A stretch of DNA of 64,000 bases from an uncultured Acidobacteriota bacterium (lineage in GTDB: Bacteria > Acidobacteriota > Thermoanaerobaculia > UBA5066 > DATFVB01). The translations under genes were made by a program, and so were the position numbers. Positions 1-10,158 of the stretch are shown piece after piece. The notes below the pieces were generated by a model. That model made no database searches. It saw only the letters and a list, made by a program, of their open reading frames with translations, and was not told the DNA's origin. The first letter of the stretch is position 1. Each line of letters opens with the position of its first letter. The DNA lies in the NCBI GenBank assembly GCA_963813155.1, contig CAWEYG010000003.1:384001-448000 (forward strand), given 5' to 3'.

Positions 1-1187
1 GGAGAGTCTCCGGCGCTGCAGCCGCCGGAGGGGGTCTGGAGATTGCGCCAGATCCGCGAGGTCGTCCGCCGCCGGTGGGAATCGATCCGCGCGACGCCGT
101 GAAGGATTTCGCCCGTGCGCGGATCGACCTGGATCTCTCCGACCGACCATCCCCGCTCCGCGCGATTGACCCACTCGACGCCGGAATAGCGGACGTCCAG
201 GAAAGTGGCTCCGACCGGAAGGTCTTCGAGTCGAAGCGCGTCCGGGAAGCCGGCCTCCGCGAAAGCGTGATTCCACCAGAGCACGGCGCCGCGAATCGCC
301 GCGCGCTCCGGCTCCGGAATTCCACGGTCGAGGTAATAGACGATCGGGTGCGCGGCGTCGAGCCGCCAGCGCGTCGCCAGGTAGCGCTCGATCGGTTGCG
401 ACACCGGAGCGGTCTGGTCCCGGTAGAACAGGGGAATGAATCCGATCCGAGGGTCCAGCGGCCGCGGTTCGAATCCCGGCTCCGGCAGCTGAACGAACGA
501 GTGGTGGATGCGCAGCGTCATCGTCCGGCCGTCCGGCAGGACGTCCGCAGCCGCCGGCGAGGGGTTGTCGGAGACGTACGAGAGCTGCGCTTCGATTTCC
601 GTGTTCCGGGGGAAAGCGCCCGTCCTCTCGAAATGGAGGGCGGAACGCGCGGCGTCCTGCCTCCAGTCGCCCTGCCGGGCCTGGCGGAGAATCGGCAGCA
701 CCTCCGTGTCGCGCAGCAGAAACTCGGTCGCGTCGACGAGCGCCCGGTCTCCCTCTTCCGCGACGACCGGCATCGCCGCAAGGATCGACGTCGGAAACGA
801 CTCTTCGACGACGCGCGTTCGCTCGGGGTCCGGGTCCCCGCTGCGGTTCGTCGTCTGCTCCTGCACGAGGAGCACTCTCGGACCGACGCGCTCGAACCGG
901 CACAGGCCGAGGCTTCCCGGCTGCCCCCGGTCGAGAAACGTCTCGATCATCCCCGTTCCCGACGCAAGGCCCGATCCGTAGAGGAATTTCCCCTTTCCGG
1001 CCGAAATCTCGAGCAGCAGCGCGCCCTTCCGCGCGTCCCAGTAGTACGGGATGAACCCGTCGTGACGCTGGAGACCCGCGGTGCGCTGCGAAATCGACGC
1101 CGGCGGCTCGTCCGGCGCGGCGAGGAGAGCCAGCGGAAAAGCGGCAAGGACCGAGGCGAAGAGCAGGCGAAAAAATCTCTGGTTCAT
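1..1187 (-). CDS. Exported zinc-dependent metalloprotease, EcxA-like (DUF5117/DUF4953 family); C-terminus runs off the window
   Basis: Not in the ORF track because it is open at the window edge. Manual translation from ATG 1187 gives MNQRFFRLLFASVLAAFPLALLA (signal peptide), then DGFIPYYWD, PRPLDPRIGF, PIVYYLDRGIPEP, WWNHAFAEAGF and DPRTGEIL, motifs typical of this family. Confidence 0.8.
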   Translation of the reverse strand, partial: MNQRFFRLLFASVLAAFPLALLAAPDEPPASISQRTAGLQRHDGFIPYYWDARKGALLLEISAGKGKFLYGSGLASGTGMIETFLDRGQPGSLGLCRFERVGPRVLLVQEQTTNRSGDPDPERTRVVEESFPTSILAAMPVVAEEGDRALVDATEFLLRDTEVLPILRQARQGDWRQDAARSALHFERTGAFPRNTEIEAQLSYVSDNPSPAAADVLPDGRTMTLRIHHSFVQLPEPGFEPRPLDPRIGFIPLFYRDQTAPVSQPIERYLATRWRLDAAHPIVYYLDRGIPEPERAAIRGAVLWWNHAFAEAGFPDALRLEDLPVGATFLDVRYSGVEWVNRAERGWSVGEIQVDPRTGEILHGVARIDSHRRRTTSRIWRNLQTPSGGCSAGDS

Positions 1188-1235
1188 CCGGTCATTAAAT
1201 CACGCGCCGGCGCGCCGCACTAGAATCGCGACGCG

Positions 1236-2237
1236 GTGGAACGACAGAACTACATCCCGCCCCTCTGGCTGCGAAATCCGCACGTCCAGCTCGCGCTGGG
1301 GCCATTGCTGCGGAGCCGAAGACTCGTGGCGTTCCGGCGCGAGGCGCTCGAGACGGCGGACGGCGACGAAATCCTCCTCGATCACGTCGACGCGGGACGC
1401 GGCGATCGGCCGCGTCTTCTCGTCCTCCACGGCCTCGAGGGGAGCTCGTTCTCCGTCTACGCGCAGGGGCTGCTCGCCCTCGCGCAGGCTCGCGGCTGGA
1501 ACGGAACGGCGCTGAACTTCCGGTCCTGCGCGCGCGACCCCTCCCGGCCTTCGAGGCGAATCGCGAACCGCACCGCGCGCCTGTATCACTCGGGCGAAAC
1601 GCGGGACCTCGACCTGGCGGTCGAGACGCTCGCCCGCCGCGAGCCGAGCGCGCCGCTCGTCGCCGTCGGAGCTTCCCTCGGCGGCAACGTCCTGCTCAAG
1701 TGGCTGGGAGAGCATCCGGGCCAGCGGCGGGTGCGGGCGGCCGCGGCGATTTCAACGCCCTACGACCTCTCCGCCTGCGCCCGGAATCTCGAATCGCGGA
1801 TGGGACGCGTCTACGTCTCGGCCTTCCTTCGCACCCTCCGCCCCAAGGCCCTCTCGGTCGTTCGCCGGTTCCCGGACGCCGCCCGGCGGATCGATCCGGC
1901 GCGCGTTGCCGCCGCCCGCACGTTCTTCGAGTTCGACGACGCCGCGACGGCGCCCCTCCACGGATTCGAAGGCGCGGACGACTACTATTCGCGCTCGAGC
2001 TCGCTCGGTTACCTGCCGAAGATCGACACCGAATCGCTTTGCATGACCGCGCGCGACGACCCGTTCCTTCCGGGTCGAGTCGCCGCGGCAGCTCGCGACG
2101 CCGCGTCGCCGGCCGTCGAGTTTCGGATGCCCGACCGGGGCAGTCATCTCGGATTTCTCTCGGGCCGCAACCCCTGGACGCTCCGGTCGTGGGCCGAACA
2201 GGGCGTGATCGCCTGGCTGGAGGAGAGAATTGGCTGA
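1236..2237 (+). CDS. YheT-family alpha/beta hydrolase
   Basis: LRNPHVQ, HGLEGSS, YHSGET, nucleophile elbow GASLGGN, FEFDD, DDPF, GSHLGF. Confidence 0.9.
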   Translation: MERQNYIPPLWLRNPHVQLALGPLLRSRRLVAFRREALETADGDEILLDHVDAGRGDRPRLLVLHGLEGSSFSVYAQGLLALAQARGWNGTALNFRSCARDPSRPSRRIANRTARLYHSGETRDLDLAVETLARREPSAPLVAVGASLGGNVLLKWLGEHPGQRRVRAAAAISTPYDLSACARNLESRMGRVYVSAFLRTLRPKALSVVRRFPDAARRIDPARVAAARTFFEFDDAATAPLHGFEGADDYYSRSSSLGYLPKIDTESLCMTARDDPFLPGRVAAAARDAASPAVEFRMPDRGSHLGFLSGRNPWTLRSWAEQGVIAWLEERIG

Positions 2238-3018
2238 GCGCCGGGTCCCCGCGTTCCGGCGTTTCGGAATGCTCGCGCGGCTCGGGCATTTTGCCCGGGC
2301 CGTCGTTTACCTCGCGATGGGCATCTGGACGGCGCGGGCGGCGGTCTTCAGTCATGCCCGGGCGGTCGGCCCCGGCGCCGCGCTGAAGGCCGTCCTCGGC
2401 GGCGCGGAGGGCCGACTCTTCGTCGGCGCCGTGGCCTTCGGGTTCTTCGCCGACGCTCTCTTCCGGCTGATTCAGGCTCTCTCGCGGAAAAAGCGGGGAA
2501 TTCTCGCGCGACTGGCGTTCTTCGTTCGGGCCGTCGGCGCGGCCGCCCTCGGCGCGACCGCCTTTCAGGTCTATCGAAACGTGCGGCTGCAGCGGGAGGG
2601 GGACTTTCTCCGGGAAAGGCTCGGCTGGGTCATGGCTCGGCCGTGGGGGACGAAGGCCATCATCGTGGCCGGCGCGATCGCCGCCATCGTCGGTCTCCGG
2701 GAGATCTTCCAGGGCGCGACCGGACGTCTCCGCGAGACCTTCGTGAAAAAGAGAATGGGAAGGCTCGAGAAAAAATGGTCGATCCCCGTGGCCCGGTTCG
2801 GCCTCGCCGCGCACGGAATTCTCGTCGCGGTCATGGGCTTCTTCCTCGTGCGTGCGGGACTGGCCGCCAATCCGAGCGGCGCCGTGCTGACCGGAGGAGC
2901 CCTCCGGCGCGTCGGCCTCCTGCCGTTCGGTTCGGCGATCCTGGCGGGGCTCGCCGTCGGGTTGATCGCCTACGGGCTTTCCCAGCTGCTCTTCGGCTTC
3001 TATCGCCGCGAGTCGTGA
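2230..3018 (+). CDS. DUF1206-like multi-pass membrane protein
   Basis: Repeated ARLG..ARAVVY and ARFGLAAHG units, about six hydrophobic helices, C-terminal GLIAYGL. Overlaps the upstream stop. Confidence 0.7.
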   Translation: MAERRVPAFRRFGMLARLGHFARAVVYLAMGIWTARAAVFSHARAVGPGAALKAVLGGAEGRLFVGAVAFGFFADALFRLIQALSRKKRGILARLAFFVRAVGAAALGATAFQVYRNVRLQREGDFLRERLGWVMARPWGTKAIIVAGAIAAIVGLREIFQGATGRLRETFVKKRMGRLEKKWSIPVARFGLAAHGILVAVMGFFLVRAGLAANPSGAVLTGGALRRVGLLPFGSAILAGLAVGLIAYGLSQLLFGFYRRES

Positions 3019-3320
3019 TCCGGCCTGCCGAGCCGGTCCAGGTCTTCCGTGCCGATCACCGGCTTCCAGGGGAGGATCTCGTACTGTGCCATCCCGTCCC
3101 GAACGAACGGGTCGGCGTCGCGAATGGCGTCCAGTTCGGCGGTCGTCGACCCTTCCGGGACCCTCAGGAGCAACGCGCCTCCCGAACGCGGATCGAAAGG
3201 GCCCGACGCGAGCAGGATTCCCCGGTCCCGAAGCTCTCGCAGATACGAACGGTGGGCGTCGAGCCGCGTCAGGATCTCCTCGAGACTCCGGCGGTAACGA
3301 AGAATCGCGAGCACGTACAT
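3000..3320 (-). CDS. YciI-family protein
   Basis: AHRSYL, LLASGP, GGALL, DPF motifs in 106 aa. Confidence 0.85.
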   Translation of the reverse strand: MYVLAILRYRRSLEEILTRLDAHRSYLRELRDRGILLASGPFDPRSGGALLLRVPEGSTTAELDAIRDADPFVRDGMAQYEILPWKPVIGTEDLDRLGRPDHDSRR

Positions 3321-3364
3321 GAAGATCCGATTATCTCAGAGTTGAAGAAGATAGAATCCCCGAA

Positions 3365-6244
3365 ATGCCGCCCACGCGCCCGGCCGGGAAGGCCGACGAA
3401 GCCGTTTCGGACCGAACGCCCTCCTCCGGCGAAATTCAGCACGAATTCGAAGCCCTTCTCCAGGCGCAGAGCGATCTCGGCGAGGGGTTCTTCCTCAGCA
3501 AAGGACAGAAGCTCACGTACGTCAACGAGGCGTTCTGCAAGATCTCCGGGTACCCGGCGAGCGAGCTGCTCGCGCTTCCGTCCTTTCTGGACCTCGTGGA
3601 TCCGGAGATGCGTCCCATGCTGGAAAAGCGCCTCCGGGAACGCATCGCCGGAAAGGAGGTCCCCGATCACTACGAGTCGGCCCTCCTGAGGAAAGACGGC
3701 ACCCGTGTGGAGCTCGAGGTCGCCGTCAAGCGGTACAGCCCGGAGGATCCCACGAAAATCATGGCGATCCTCCGGGACATCACGTCGCGAAAAAGGGGCG
3801 AGGAGGCGAATCGCCGGACGCTGTCGCTTCTCGCGGCGACTCTCGAATCGACGGCGGACGGCCTTCTCGTCGTCGACGGCACCGGAAAGATCGTCAGCTT
3901 CAACCAGCGCTTCCTCGAGATGTGGCAGATCCCGGATGTCGTGGCGGCGACGGGAGACGACAACGCCGCCCTGTCGGTCGTCGTCAGCCAGCTCCAGGAC
4001 CCCGACTCCTTCCTGCGCAAGGTCCGCGAGCTGTATTCCCACCCCCAGGCGGAGAGTTACGACGTTCTCGAGTTCCTCGACGGGCGCGTTTTCGAGCGGT
4101 ATTCGATTCCCCAGCGCCTTCACGGCGAGAGTGTGGGCCGGGTGTGGAGTTTCCGGGACGTCACCTCCCGGCAACGCGCGGAAGAGGCCTTGCGCGAGAG
4201 TGAAGGCCGCTATCGCGAGGTCGTCGAGAACCTCAACGAAGGGTTGCTGATCACCGACCCTGCCGACACGATCCTCTTCCTCAATCCCCGGATGGCGGAA
4301 ATGGCCGGACGGACGGTTGCGGAGCTGACCGGGCGAACCGCGCACAGGGAGCTTCTGCCCCCGGAAGAATGGCCTTCCATCGACGAGAGGAATCGCCGGC
4401 GTCTTCTCGGCGAGAGCGAGCGCTACGAAGTCGAGATGGTCCGCAAAGACGGCGGCCGCTTCTCGGCGGAGGTGAACGGCATCCCCTTTCGCAACGCCGC
4501 CGGGGAAATCGTCGGAACCCTGGCCGCGATCACGGACATCACGGAGCGCAAGCAGGCCGTGGAGTCGCTCCGCCGGTCCGTCGCGGAATACCGCGACCTC
4601 TTCGAGAAGGCCAACGACGCGATCCTGATCCTGCGGCCCGAAGACCAGACGATCCTCGAAGCGAACCGGAAGGCGTGCGAAACGTACCGGCTTCCGCACG
4701 ACGAAATCGTCGGGAAGAGCCTGAAGAGCTTCACGCGCGATGTCTACCGGAGCGAGGAGCAGATTCGCCGCATCCTGCGCGAAGGAAGCAGCGAGAATTT
4801 CGAGACCGTGCATTTCGGGCGCGACGGCACGCCGGTCGACCTTCTCGTCAGTTCGTCCCTCGTCGACTACCGGGGAGGGACCGCGATTCTCTCGGTTTGC
4901 CGCGACATCACTGAGAGCAAGCGCGCGAAGGTCCAGATCGAGCGCCTCGCCTACCACGATGCCCTCACGAACCTGCCGAATCGGACCCGCTTCGCCGATC
5001 GCCTCGATCTCGCGCTCTCGCAGGCCCGGATCGAGGGCTACCACGTCGCGATCCTGTTCCTCGATCTGGACCGCTTCAAGGTCGTCAACGACAGCCTTGG
5101 CCATAAGGTGGGCGATCTTCTCCTCCAGAAGGCCGCGAATCGGCTCGCTCAAATCATCCGAGGAGGGGACACGCTCGCGCGTCTCGGCGGCGACGAATTC
5201 ATCATTCTGCTCTCCCAGATCGAAAACGACGACGACGCCTCGCGCGTCGCGCAAAAAATCCTCCACCTGTTCAAGAAGCCCTTCGTCCTCGGCGACCGAG
5301 AGCTGTTCGTGAGCGCGTCCATCGGGATCAGCATCTATCCTCAACACGGCGAAGATCGCGAGACGCTCGTCAAGAACGCGGACATCGCGATGTACCGTGC
5401 CAAGCAGGAGGGTCGCGACAACTTCCAGGTTCACACGTCCCGGCACACGCACGACGCGATCACCCGCCTCGCCCTCGAGACGGACCTCCGCAAGGGTCTC
5501 CAGAACGGCGTCTTTCCCGTCTACTACCAGCCGCTGATCGACCTCGGGACGGGCGAGATCGTCGGCGCCGAGGCTCTTGCGCGGTGGCGGCATCCCCTTC
5601 GGGGACTCATGCGCCCGGCAGAATTCATCCCGATCGCCGAAGAGACAGGCCTCATCGTGCCGCTCGGAGCCCGAATCCTCCGCGAGGCGTGCCGGCAAAC
5701 GCGCCAGTGGCACGCGCTCGGGTTTCCCGGCCTGAGGGTGTCGGTGAATCTCTCGGCGCGCCAGTTTCACCAGCAGGACCTGGTGCGCCAGGTCGGTGAA
5801 GTGCTGGAAGCGACGGGGATCCCGGCCGAGCAGCTCGAGCTCGAAATCACCGAGAGCATCGCGATGCAAAACGTGGAGGTCAATGTCGTGACGCTTCGGC
5901 AGCTCAAAGCGCTGGGCATCCGGATCACGATCGACGACTTTGGGACCGGCTATTCGTCGCTCTCCTACCTGAAGAAGTTTCCGATCGACACGATCAAGAT
6001 CGACCAGACGTTCGTCCGCGACGTGACGACCGACGCCAACGACGCCGCCATTGTTCGCGCCGCGATCGTCATGGCGCACGAGCTGAAGCTCAACGTGATC
6101 GCCGAGGGAGTCGAGACCCGGGACCAGCTCGAATTTCTCAAGCGCCGGAAATGCGACGAAATGCAGGGCTACCTTTTCAGCGAGCCGCTGACGAACGACG
6201 CGTTCGAGGCTCTTCTTCGGAGCGGCAAGACCTTTCCGGTCTAG
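3365..6244 (+). CDS. Cytoplasmic multi-PAS (about four) diguanylate cyclase/phosphodiesterase (GGDEF-EAL)
   Basis: PAC ends RDIT, RDVT, TDIT, RDIT; [11 protein letters not shown]; FLDLDRFK; RGGD I-site five residues before GGDEF; EAL; [10 protein letters not shown]; AEGVET; QGYLFS. Confidence 0.95.
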   Translation: MPPTRPAGKADEAVSDRTPSSGEIQHEFEALLQAQSDLGEGFFLSKGQKLTYVNEAFCKISGYPASELLALPSFLDLVDPEMRPMLEKRLRERIAGKEVPDHYESALLRKDGTRVELEVAVKRYSPEDPTKIMAILRDITSRKRGEEANRRTLSLLAATLESTADGLLVVDGTGKIVSFNQRFLEMWQIPDVVAATGDDNAALSVVVSQLQDPDSFLRKVRELYSHPQAESYDVLEFLDGRVFERYSIPQRLHGESVGRVWSFRDVTSRQRAEEALRESEGRYREVVENLNEGLLITDPADTILFLNPRMAEMAGRTVAELTGRTAHRELLPPEEWPSIDERNRRRLLGESERYEVEMVRKDGGRFSAEVNGIPFRNAAGEIVGTLAAITDITERKQAVESLRRSVAEYRDLFEKANDAILILRPEDQTILEANRKACETYRLPHDEIVGKSLKSFTRDVYRSEEQIRRILREGSSENFETVHFGRDGTPVDLLVSSSLVDYRGGTAILSVCRDITESKRAKVQIERLAYHDALTNLPNRTRFADRLDLALSQARIEGYHVAILFLDLDRFKVVNDSLGHKVGDLLLQKAANRLAQIIRGGDTLARLGGDEFIILLSQIENDDDASRVAQKILHLFKKPFVLGDRELFVSASIGISIYPQHGEDRETLVKNADIAMYRAKQEGRDNFQVHTSRHTHDAITRLALETDLRKGLQNGVFPVYYQPLIDLGTGEIVGAEALARWRHPLRGLMRPAEFIPIAEETGLIVPLGARILREACRQTRQWHALGFPGLRVSVNLSARQFHQQDLVRQVGEVLEATGIPAEQLELEITESIAMQNVEVNVVTLRQLKALGIRITIDDFGTGYSSLSYLKKFPIDTIKIDQTFVRDVTTDANDAAIVRAAIVMAHELKLNVIAEGVETRDQLEFLKRRKCDEMQGYLFSEPLTNDAFEALLRSGKTFPV

Positions 6245-6744
6245 CCGCTCCGTCCGGGCGGATGCGCCGGGTGAATCGCTTCGCCGCGAACGACCGATAC
6301 TGCGTGGGGAATGAGCCCGGCGACCGCCGACAGGCAGTCGACGGCGCCTCGCGGAGATCCGGGCAGGGCGAGGATCAGGGTCCTTCCCCTCACGCCCGCG
6401 ACTGCGCGCGAGAGGTAGGCAGCCGGAAAGGCTTCCCCGGTCTCGGCCCGCATCCGCTCCGCCAGCCCCGGCACCTCGATGTCGAGAACTGCGCGAACGG
6501 CTTCCGGCGTGCGGTCGCGGGGCGAGACGCCCGTTCCTCCCGTCACGACGATGAGATCCAGCTTCTCGGCGCACCACCGGCGAAGGAGAATCTGGATCTC
6601 CTCCGGCTCGTCCGGCAGAACGGCCGACGTGGCGATCTCGGCGCCGCACATCTCCAGCAGCGCCTTCCGGACGGCCGGTCCTCCGCCGTCTTCGCGCGTT
6701 CCCCGCGCGACGGTGTCGGAAACGGTCAACACCCCGGCTCTCAC
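6241..6744 (-). CDS. mogA: Molybdopterin adenylyltransferase, MogA/MoaB family
   Basis: [31 protein letters not shown]. Confidence 0.85.
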   Translation of the reverse strand: MRAGVLTVSDTVARGTREDGGGPAVRKALLEMCGAEIATSAVLPDEPEEIQILLRRWCAEKLDLIVVTGGTGVSPRDRTPEAVRAVLDIEVPGLAERMRAETGEAFPAAYLSRAVAGVRGRTLILALPGSPRGAVDCLSAVAGLIPHAVSVVRGEAIHPAHPPGRSG

Positions 6745-7238
6745 CGCGCCCGCCGCCCCGGCCGCGAAGCCAGAAAGCGGCCCGACCGGCCGCCGGTCTT
6801 TTCGAGCAGACGAATCTCCCCGATGACGGCAGAGCGATCGATCGCCTTCACCATGTCATAGACGGCGAGACACGCCGCCGACACCGCGACGAGAGCCTCC
6901 ATTTCGACTCCGGTTCGTCCCCGGATCGAGGCGGAAGCGGCGACGACGACCCGGAGCGCGGCGCCGTCGAGCGTCAGATCGACCGAAATCGAGTCGAGCG
7001 ACAGTGGATGGCAGAGCGGAACGATCTCCGAGGTCCTCTTCGCCGCCTGGATGCCCGCGATTCTCGCGACGGCGAGAGCATCGCCCTTCGCGAGTCTCCC
7101 GTCGAGCAGCGCTCGAAAGGCGGCGCGGGAGAGCCGGACTTCTCCCGAGGCCCGAGCCGAACGCTTCGTCGTTCTCTTGTTTCCCACGTCGACCATCCGG
7201 GCCCGGCCGCGGGTGTCGAGATGCAGGGCTCTGCGCAC
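6741..7238 (-). CDS. moaC: Cyclic pyranopterin monophosphate synthase
   Basis: ARMVDVG, KGDALAVARIAGIQAAKRT, PLCHP, TGVEMEAL, YDMVKAID, KTGGRSG. Confidence 0.95.
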   Translation of the reverse strand: MRRALHLDTRGRARMVDVGNKRTTKRSARASGEVRLSRAAFRALLDGRLAKGDALAVARIAGIQAAKRTSEIVPLCHPLSLDSISVDLTLDGAALRVVVAASASIRGRTGVEMEALVAVSAACLAVYDMVKAIDRSAVIGEIRLLEKTGGRSGRFLASRPGRRAR

Positions 7239-7294
7239 GGATGAATTGTACCGGCGATCCGGAATCCCCGGGCGGGTATGAAATAATCTTCGTC

Positions 7295-9241
7295 GTGGGA
7301 ACCCCGTCCGACTTCGGCTTCTTCCGCGTCGCGGCGGCGGTGCCTGTCTGCGCCCCCGCCCAGCCCCGGGTCAACGCCCGGAGGATCGCCGAGCTCGCCC
7401 AGCGCGCGGCCGACGAGGGCGCCCGGCTGGTCGTCTTCCCCGAGCTCTCTCTCACAGGGTACACGGCGGGAGACCTCTTCCTCCAGAAACGGCTCGAAGA
7501 CGAAGCCCGCGACGCAGCGCTGTGGCTGGAGCAGAACCTTCCGGCGTCGATCGTCACGGTCGCGGGCGTGCCGTGGCGCAACGGCGGAATGCTCTTCAAC
7601 ACGGCAATCGTGTTCGCGGGAGGCCGGATCGAAGGCTTCGTTCCGAAGACGTTTCTTCCGAACTACAAGGAGTACTACGAGAAGCGATGGTTCGTCTCGG
7701 GGCTCTCCGCGCGCTCCTCGGAGGTCCCCGTCGGGGCCCGCTCGGTGCCGTTCGGGACCGACCTGCTCTTCCGGGGGTCCTGGGAACGGCCGATCGTGTT
7801 CGGAATCGAGATCTGCGAGGACCTCTGGGTCCCGACGCCGCCTTCCTCGTTCCAGGCGCTCGCGGGCGCTCAGCTCCTCCTGAATCTCTCCGCTTCCGAC
7901 GACACGATCGGCAAGCGCGAATATCGCAGGGCGAACCTGGTCGCGTCCCAGTCCGCGCGCTGCCTCGCCGGAATGATCTTCGTCTCGTCGGGCCCGGGCG
8001 AATCCTCCTCCGACCTCGTCTTCGGTGGACATTCCCTGATCGCCGAAAATGGCGCAATCCTCGAAGAGCGCCGGGGCTTCCAGGAGGGCCCGACGCTCGC
8101 CGTCACCGAGATCGACATCGACCGGTTGACGGCAGACCGGGACCGCATCGGGAGCTTTGCCGACGCGGCGGCGCTGAGCCCTGCGCGTTTCCGCGTCCTC
8201 GAGCTGCCCCGGCTCGAAACGAAACCGGCGCTCGCGTTCTCGCGGTACGTCGAGCCGCACCCGTTCGTTCCCGACGACCCTTCGACCCTCGACGCGCGAT
8301 GCGAAGAGGTCGCGAGCATTCAGGCGGCCGGGCTCGTCCGCCGCCTCCAGCATGTTTCCCCGTCGAGGCCCGTCCTCGGCCTCTCGGGCGGCCTCGATTC
8401 GACGCTCGCCGCGCTCATTTCGCTTCGAGCGCTCGAGCAGCTCGAGCGGCCCGCTCACGACCTCCTGACGGTCTCCATGCCCGGTCCGGGGACTTCCGCG
8501 CGCACCCGCGAAAATGCCCATCGGCTCGCCTGCTCGCTCGGGGCCGAGTTTCGCGAAATCGACATTCGCGCCGCCCTCCACCAGCACCTGACGGACCTGA
8601 AGCACTCGGGCTCGGCCGACCTCGCGTACGAAAACGCGCAGGCGCGGGAGCGGACCCAGATCCTGATGGATCTCGCGAACGCGGAACACGGCATCGTGGT
8701 CGGCACGGGCGACCTCTCCGAGATTGCGCTCGGGTGGTCGACGTACGGCGGCGATCATCTGTCGATGTACGCCGTGAATTCTTCCGTTCCCAAAACGCTC
8801 GTCCGCCACGTGGTCGGGTGGTTCGCCCGCCACGCCGACCCGAAAATCGCGCGCGTGCTCGACGACGTGCTCGGCACTCCCGTCTCGCCGGAGCTCCTGC
8901 CGCTCGAATCGGGCGCCGAGATGCCCCAGCGCACCGAGGACATCCTCGGCCCGTACGAGTTGCACGATTTTTTCCTCTACCATTTCCTGCGGGGCGGCGA
9001 TCCGCCGAGGAAGCTGCTGTTTCTCGCCGGCCGCGCCTTCGGCGATAAATATCCGGCCGCCGTGGTGACCCGGACGCTGCGGACGTTCCTGACGCGCTTC
9101 TTCGCGAATCAGTTCAAGCGCAACGCCATGCCGGACGGTCCGAAAGTCGGTACGGTGGCCCTGTCCCCGAGGGGCGACTGGAGAATGCCCGCGGACGTCT
9201 CGCCGGAGGCGTGGCTCGCCGATCTCGACAACGAGGGCTGA
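7295..9241 (+). CDS. nadE: Glutamine-dependent NAD+ synthetase
   Basis: Nitrilase domain (FPELSLTGY, PKTFLPNYKEYYEKRWF, EICEDLW) plus synthetase domain (GLSGGLDST, ENAQARERT, GTGDLSE, QFKR). Start placed at GTG 7295 because the longer ORF overlaps moaC. Confidence 0.95.
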   Translation: MGTPSDFGFFRVAAAVPVCAPAQPRVNARRIAELAQRAADEGARLVVFPELSLTGYTAGDLFLQKRLEDEARDAALWLEQNLPASIVTVAGVPWRNGGMLFNTAIVFAGGRIEGFVPKTFLPNYKEYYEKRWFVSGLSARSSEVPVGARSVPFGTDLLFRGSWERPIVFGIEICEDLWVPTPPSSFQALAGAQLLLNLSASDDTIGKREYRRANLVASQSARCLAGMIFVSSGPGESSSDLVFGGHSLIAENGAILEERRGFQEGPTLAVTEIDIDRLTADRDRIGSFADAAALSPARFRVLELPRLETKPALAFSRYVEPHPFVPDDPSTLDARCEEVASIQAAGLVRRLQHVSPSRPVLGLSGGLDSTLAALISLRALEQLERPAHDLLTVSMPGPGTSARTRENAHRLACSLGAEFREIDIRAALHQHLTDLKHSGSADLAYENAQARERTQILMDLANAEHGIVVGTGDLSEIALGWSTYGGDHLSMYAVNSSVPKTLVRHVVGWFARHADPKIARVLDDVLGTPVSPELLPLESGAEMPQRTEDILGPYELHDFFLYHFLRGGDPPRKLLFLAGRAFGDKYPAAVVTRTLRTFLTRFFANQFKRNAMPDGPKVGTVALSPRGDWRMPADVSPEAWLADLDNEG

Positions 9242-9245
9242 AGCG

Positions 9246-9569
9246 TCAGTATCTCGGGACCGAAGGGTCCACGAGAGTCGACCACGCGTCGATGCCGCCG
9301 GCGAGGTTCCGCACCCGCGAATACCCGTTGCGAAGCAGGTACATCGCGACCTGGGCCGAGCGGGAGCCGTGGTGACAGAACACAATGATGTCGTGGTCCG
9401 GGGGAAGCTCGGCCGCGCGGGGCGGGACCTCGCGCATGGGGATCCACACGGAGCCCTCGATCGAGGCGCGGTCGCGCTCGAAGCCCTCGCGCACGTCCAG
9501 CAGGACGGCCTCTCCCTTTTCGAACCTCGCCTTTGCCTCGGCCGCGGAGATCTCGAACTCGTCGTTCAT
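9246..9569 (-). CDS. Single-domain rhodanese/sulfurtransferase
   Basis: LLDVRE, active loop CHHGSRS, NLAGGIDAW, VDPSVPRY. Confidence 0.9.
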   Translation of the reverse strand: MNDEFEISAAEAKARFEKGEAVLLDVREGFERDRASIEGSVWIPMREVPPRAAELPPDHDIIVFCHHGSRSAQVAMYLLRNGYSRVRNLAGGIDAWSTLVDPSVPRY

Positions 9570-9574
9570 CGGGC

Positions 9575-10117
9575 TCAGAATCCTTCCAGAATGCTCGTCA
9601 CGAGCGATTGCGCGAAACGGTCCGCCTCGGCGTCGACCGCGACGTTCTCGAGATCCGAGAAGTTCGCCGCCGAAACGTTTCCCGCCGCGACATCGTAGTT
9701 CTCCCGGAACGTGTAGGCGTCGTTTTTCCAGATGACCTTCCCGTCGGGAAGCTGCGTCAGCGAGACCTTGACCACGATCTGAATCTGATACTGCGTCGCC
9801 CGCCCGAGCGAGTCCGCCGCGACCGGATACAGGGAAAAGGACGTGATCTCGCCGGAGAGCTGCGCGTCGCCGTCCCCCTCCCGGGCGGAAACCGAGAACC
9901 GCCCGCGCGACGCGAGCTCGGAGGCCACCGCTTTCGAGAGCCGCTGCTCGAGCCCGACTCGCGGGGTCGAATTCTTGAACGTCGGGAAGGAGACCCGCTT
10001 GACGGACTCCGGCAGGAAGCTCCCGCGGCCGACGAGCGCGTACCCGCAGGCCGCCGTCCCGGCGAGAGATCCAACGAGGAAGACTTGAAGCAGCCGTCCC
10101 GCGAATCTCCGCCTCAC
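9575..10117 (-). CDS. lptE: LPS assembly lipoprotein LptE
   Basis: Lipobox TAACGY after a signal peptide, PTFKNST, ATQYQI. Sits directly after leuS, a conserved arrangement. The ORF track fuses it to leuS because of an indel. Confidence 0.8.
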   Translation of the reverse strand: MRRRFAGRLLQVFLVGSLAGTAACGYALVGRGSFLPESVKRVSFPTFKNSTPRVGLEQRLSKAVASELASRGRFSVSAREGDGDAQLSGEITSFSLYPVAADSLGRATQYQIQIVVKVSLTQLPDGKVIWKNDAYTFRENYDVAAGNVSAANFSDLENVAVDAEADRFAQSLVTSILEGF

Positions 10118-10158
10118 GGACCGACGCTCCGCCGCGGGCGCTTCGACGTTCTGCCGCA

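Noticed and set aside
75-1223. Plus-strand 382-aa ORF
   Set aside because: Shadow of the minus-strand metalloprotease gene, which has a signal peptide and family motifs.
3269-6649. Long antisense or alternate-frame ORFs (for example 3269..6649, 6974..9385, 26846..29314, 29504..31777, 35606..38830)
   Set aside because: Arg/Pro-rich shadows of real genes, expected in high-GC DNA with few stop codons; no recognisable motifs.
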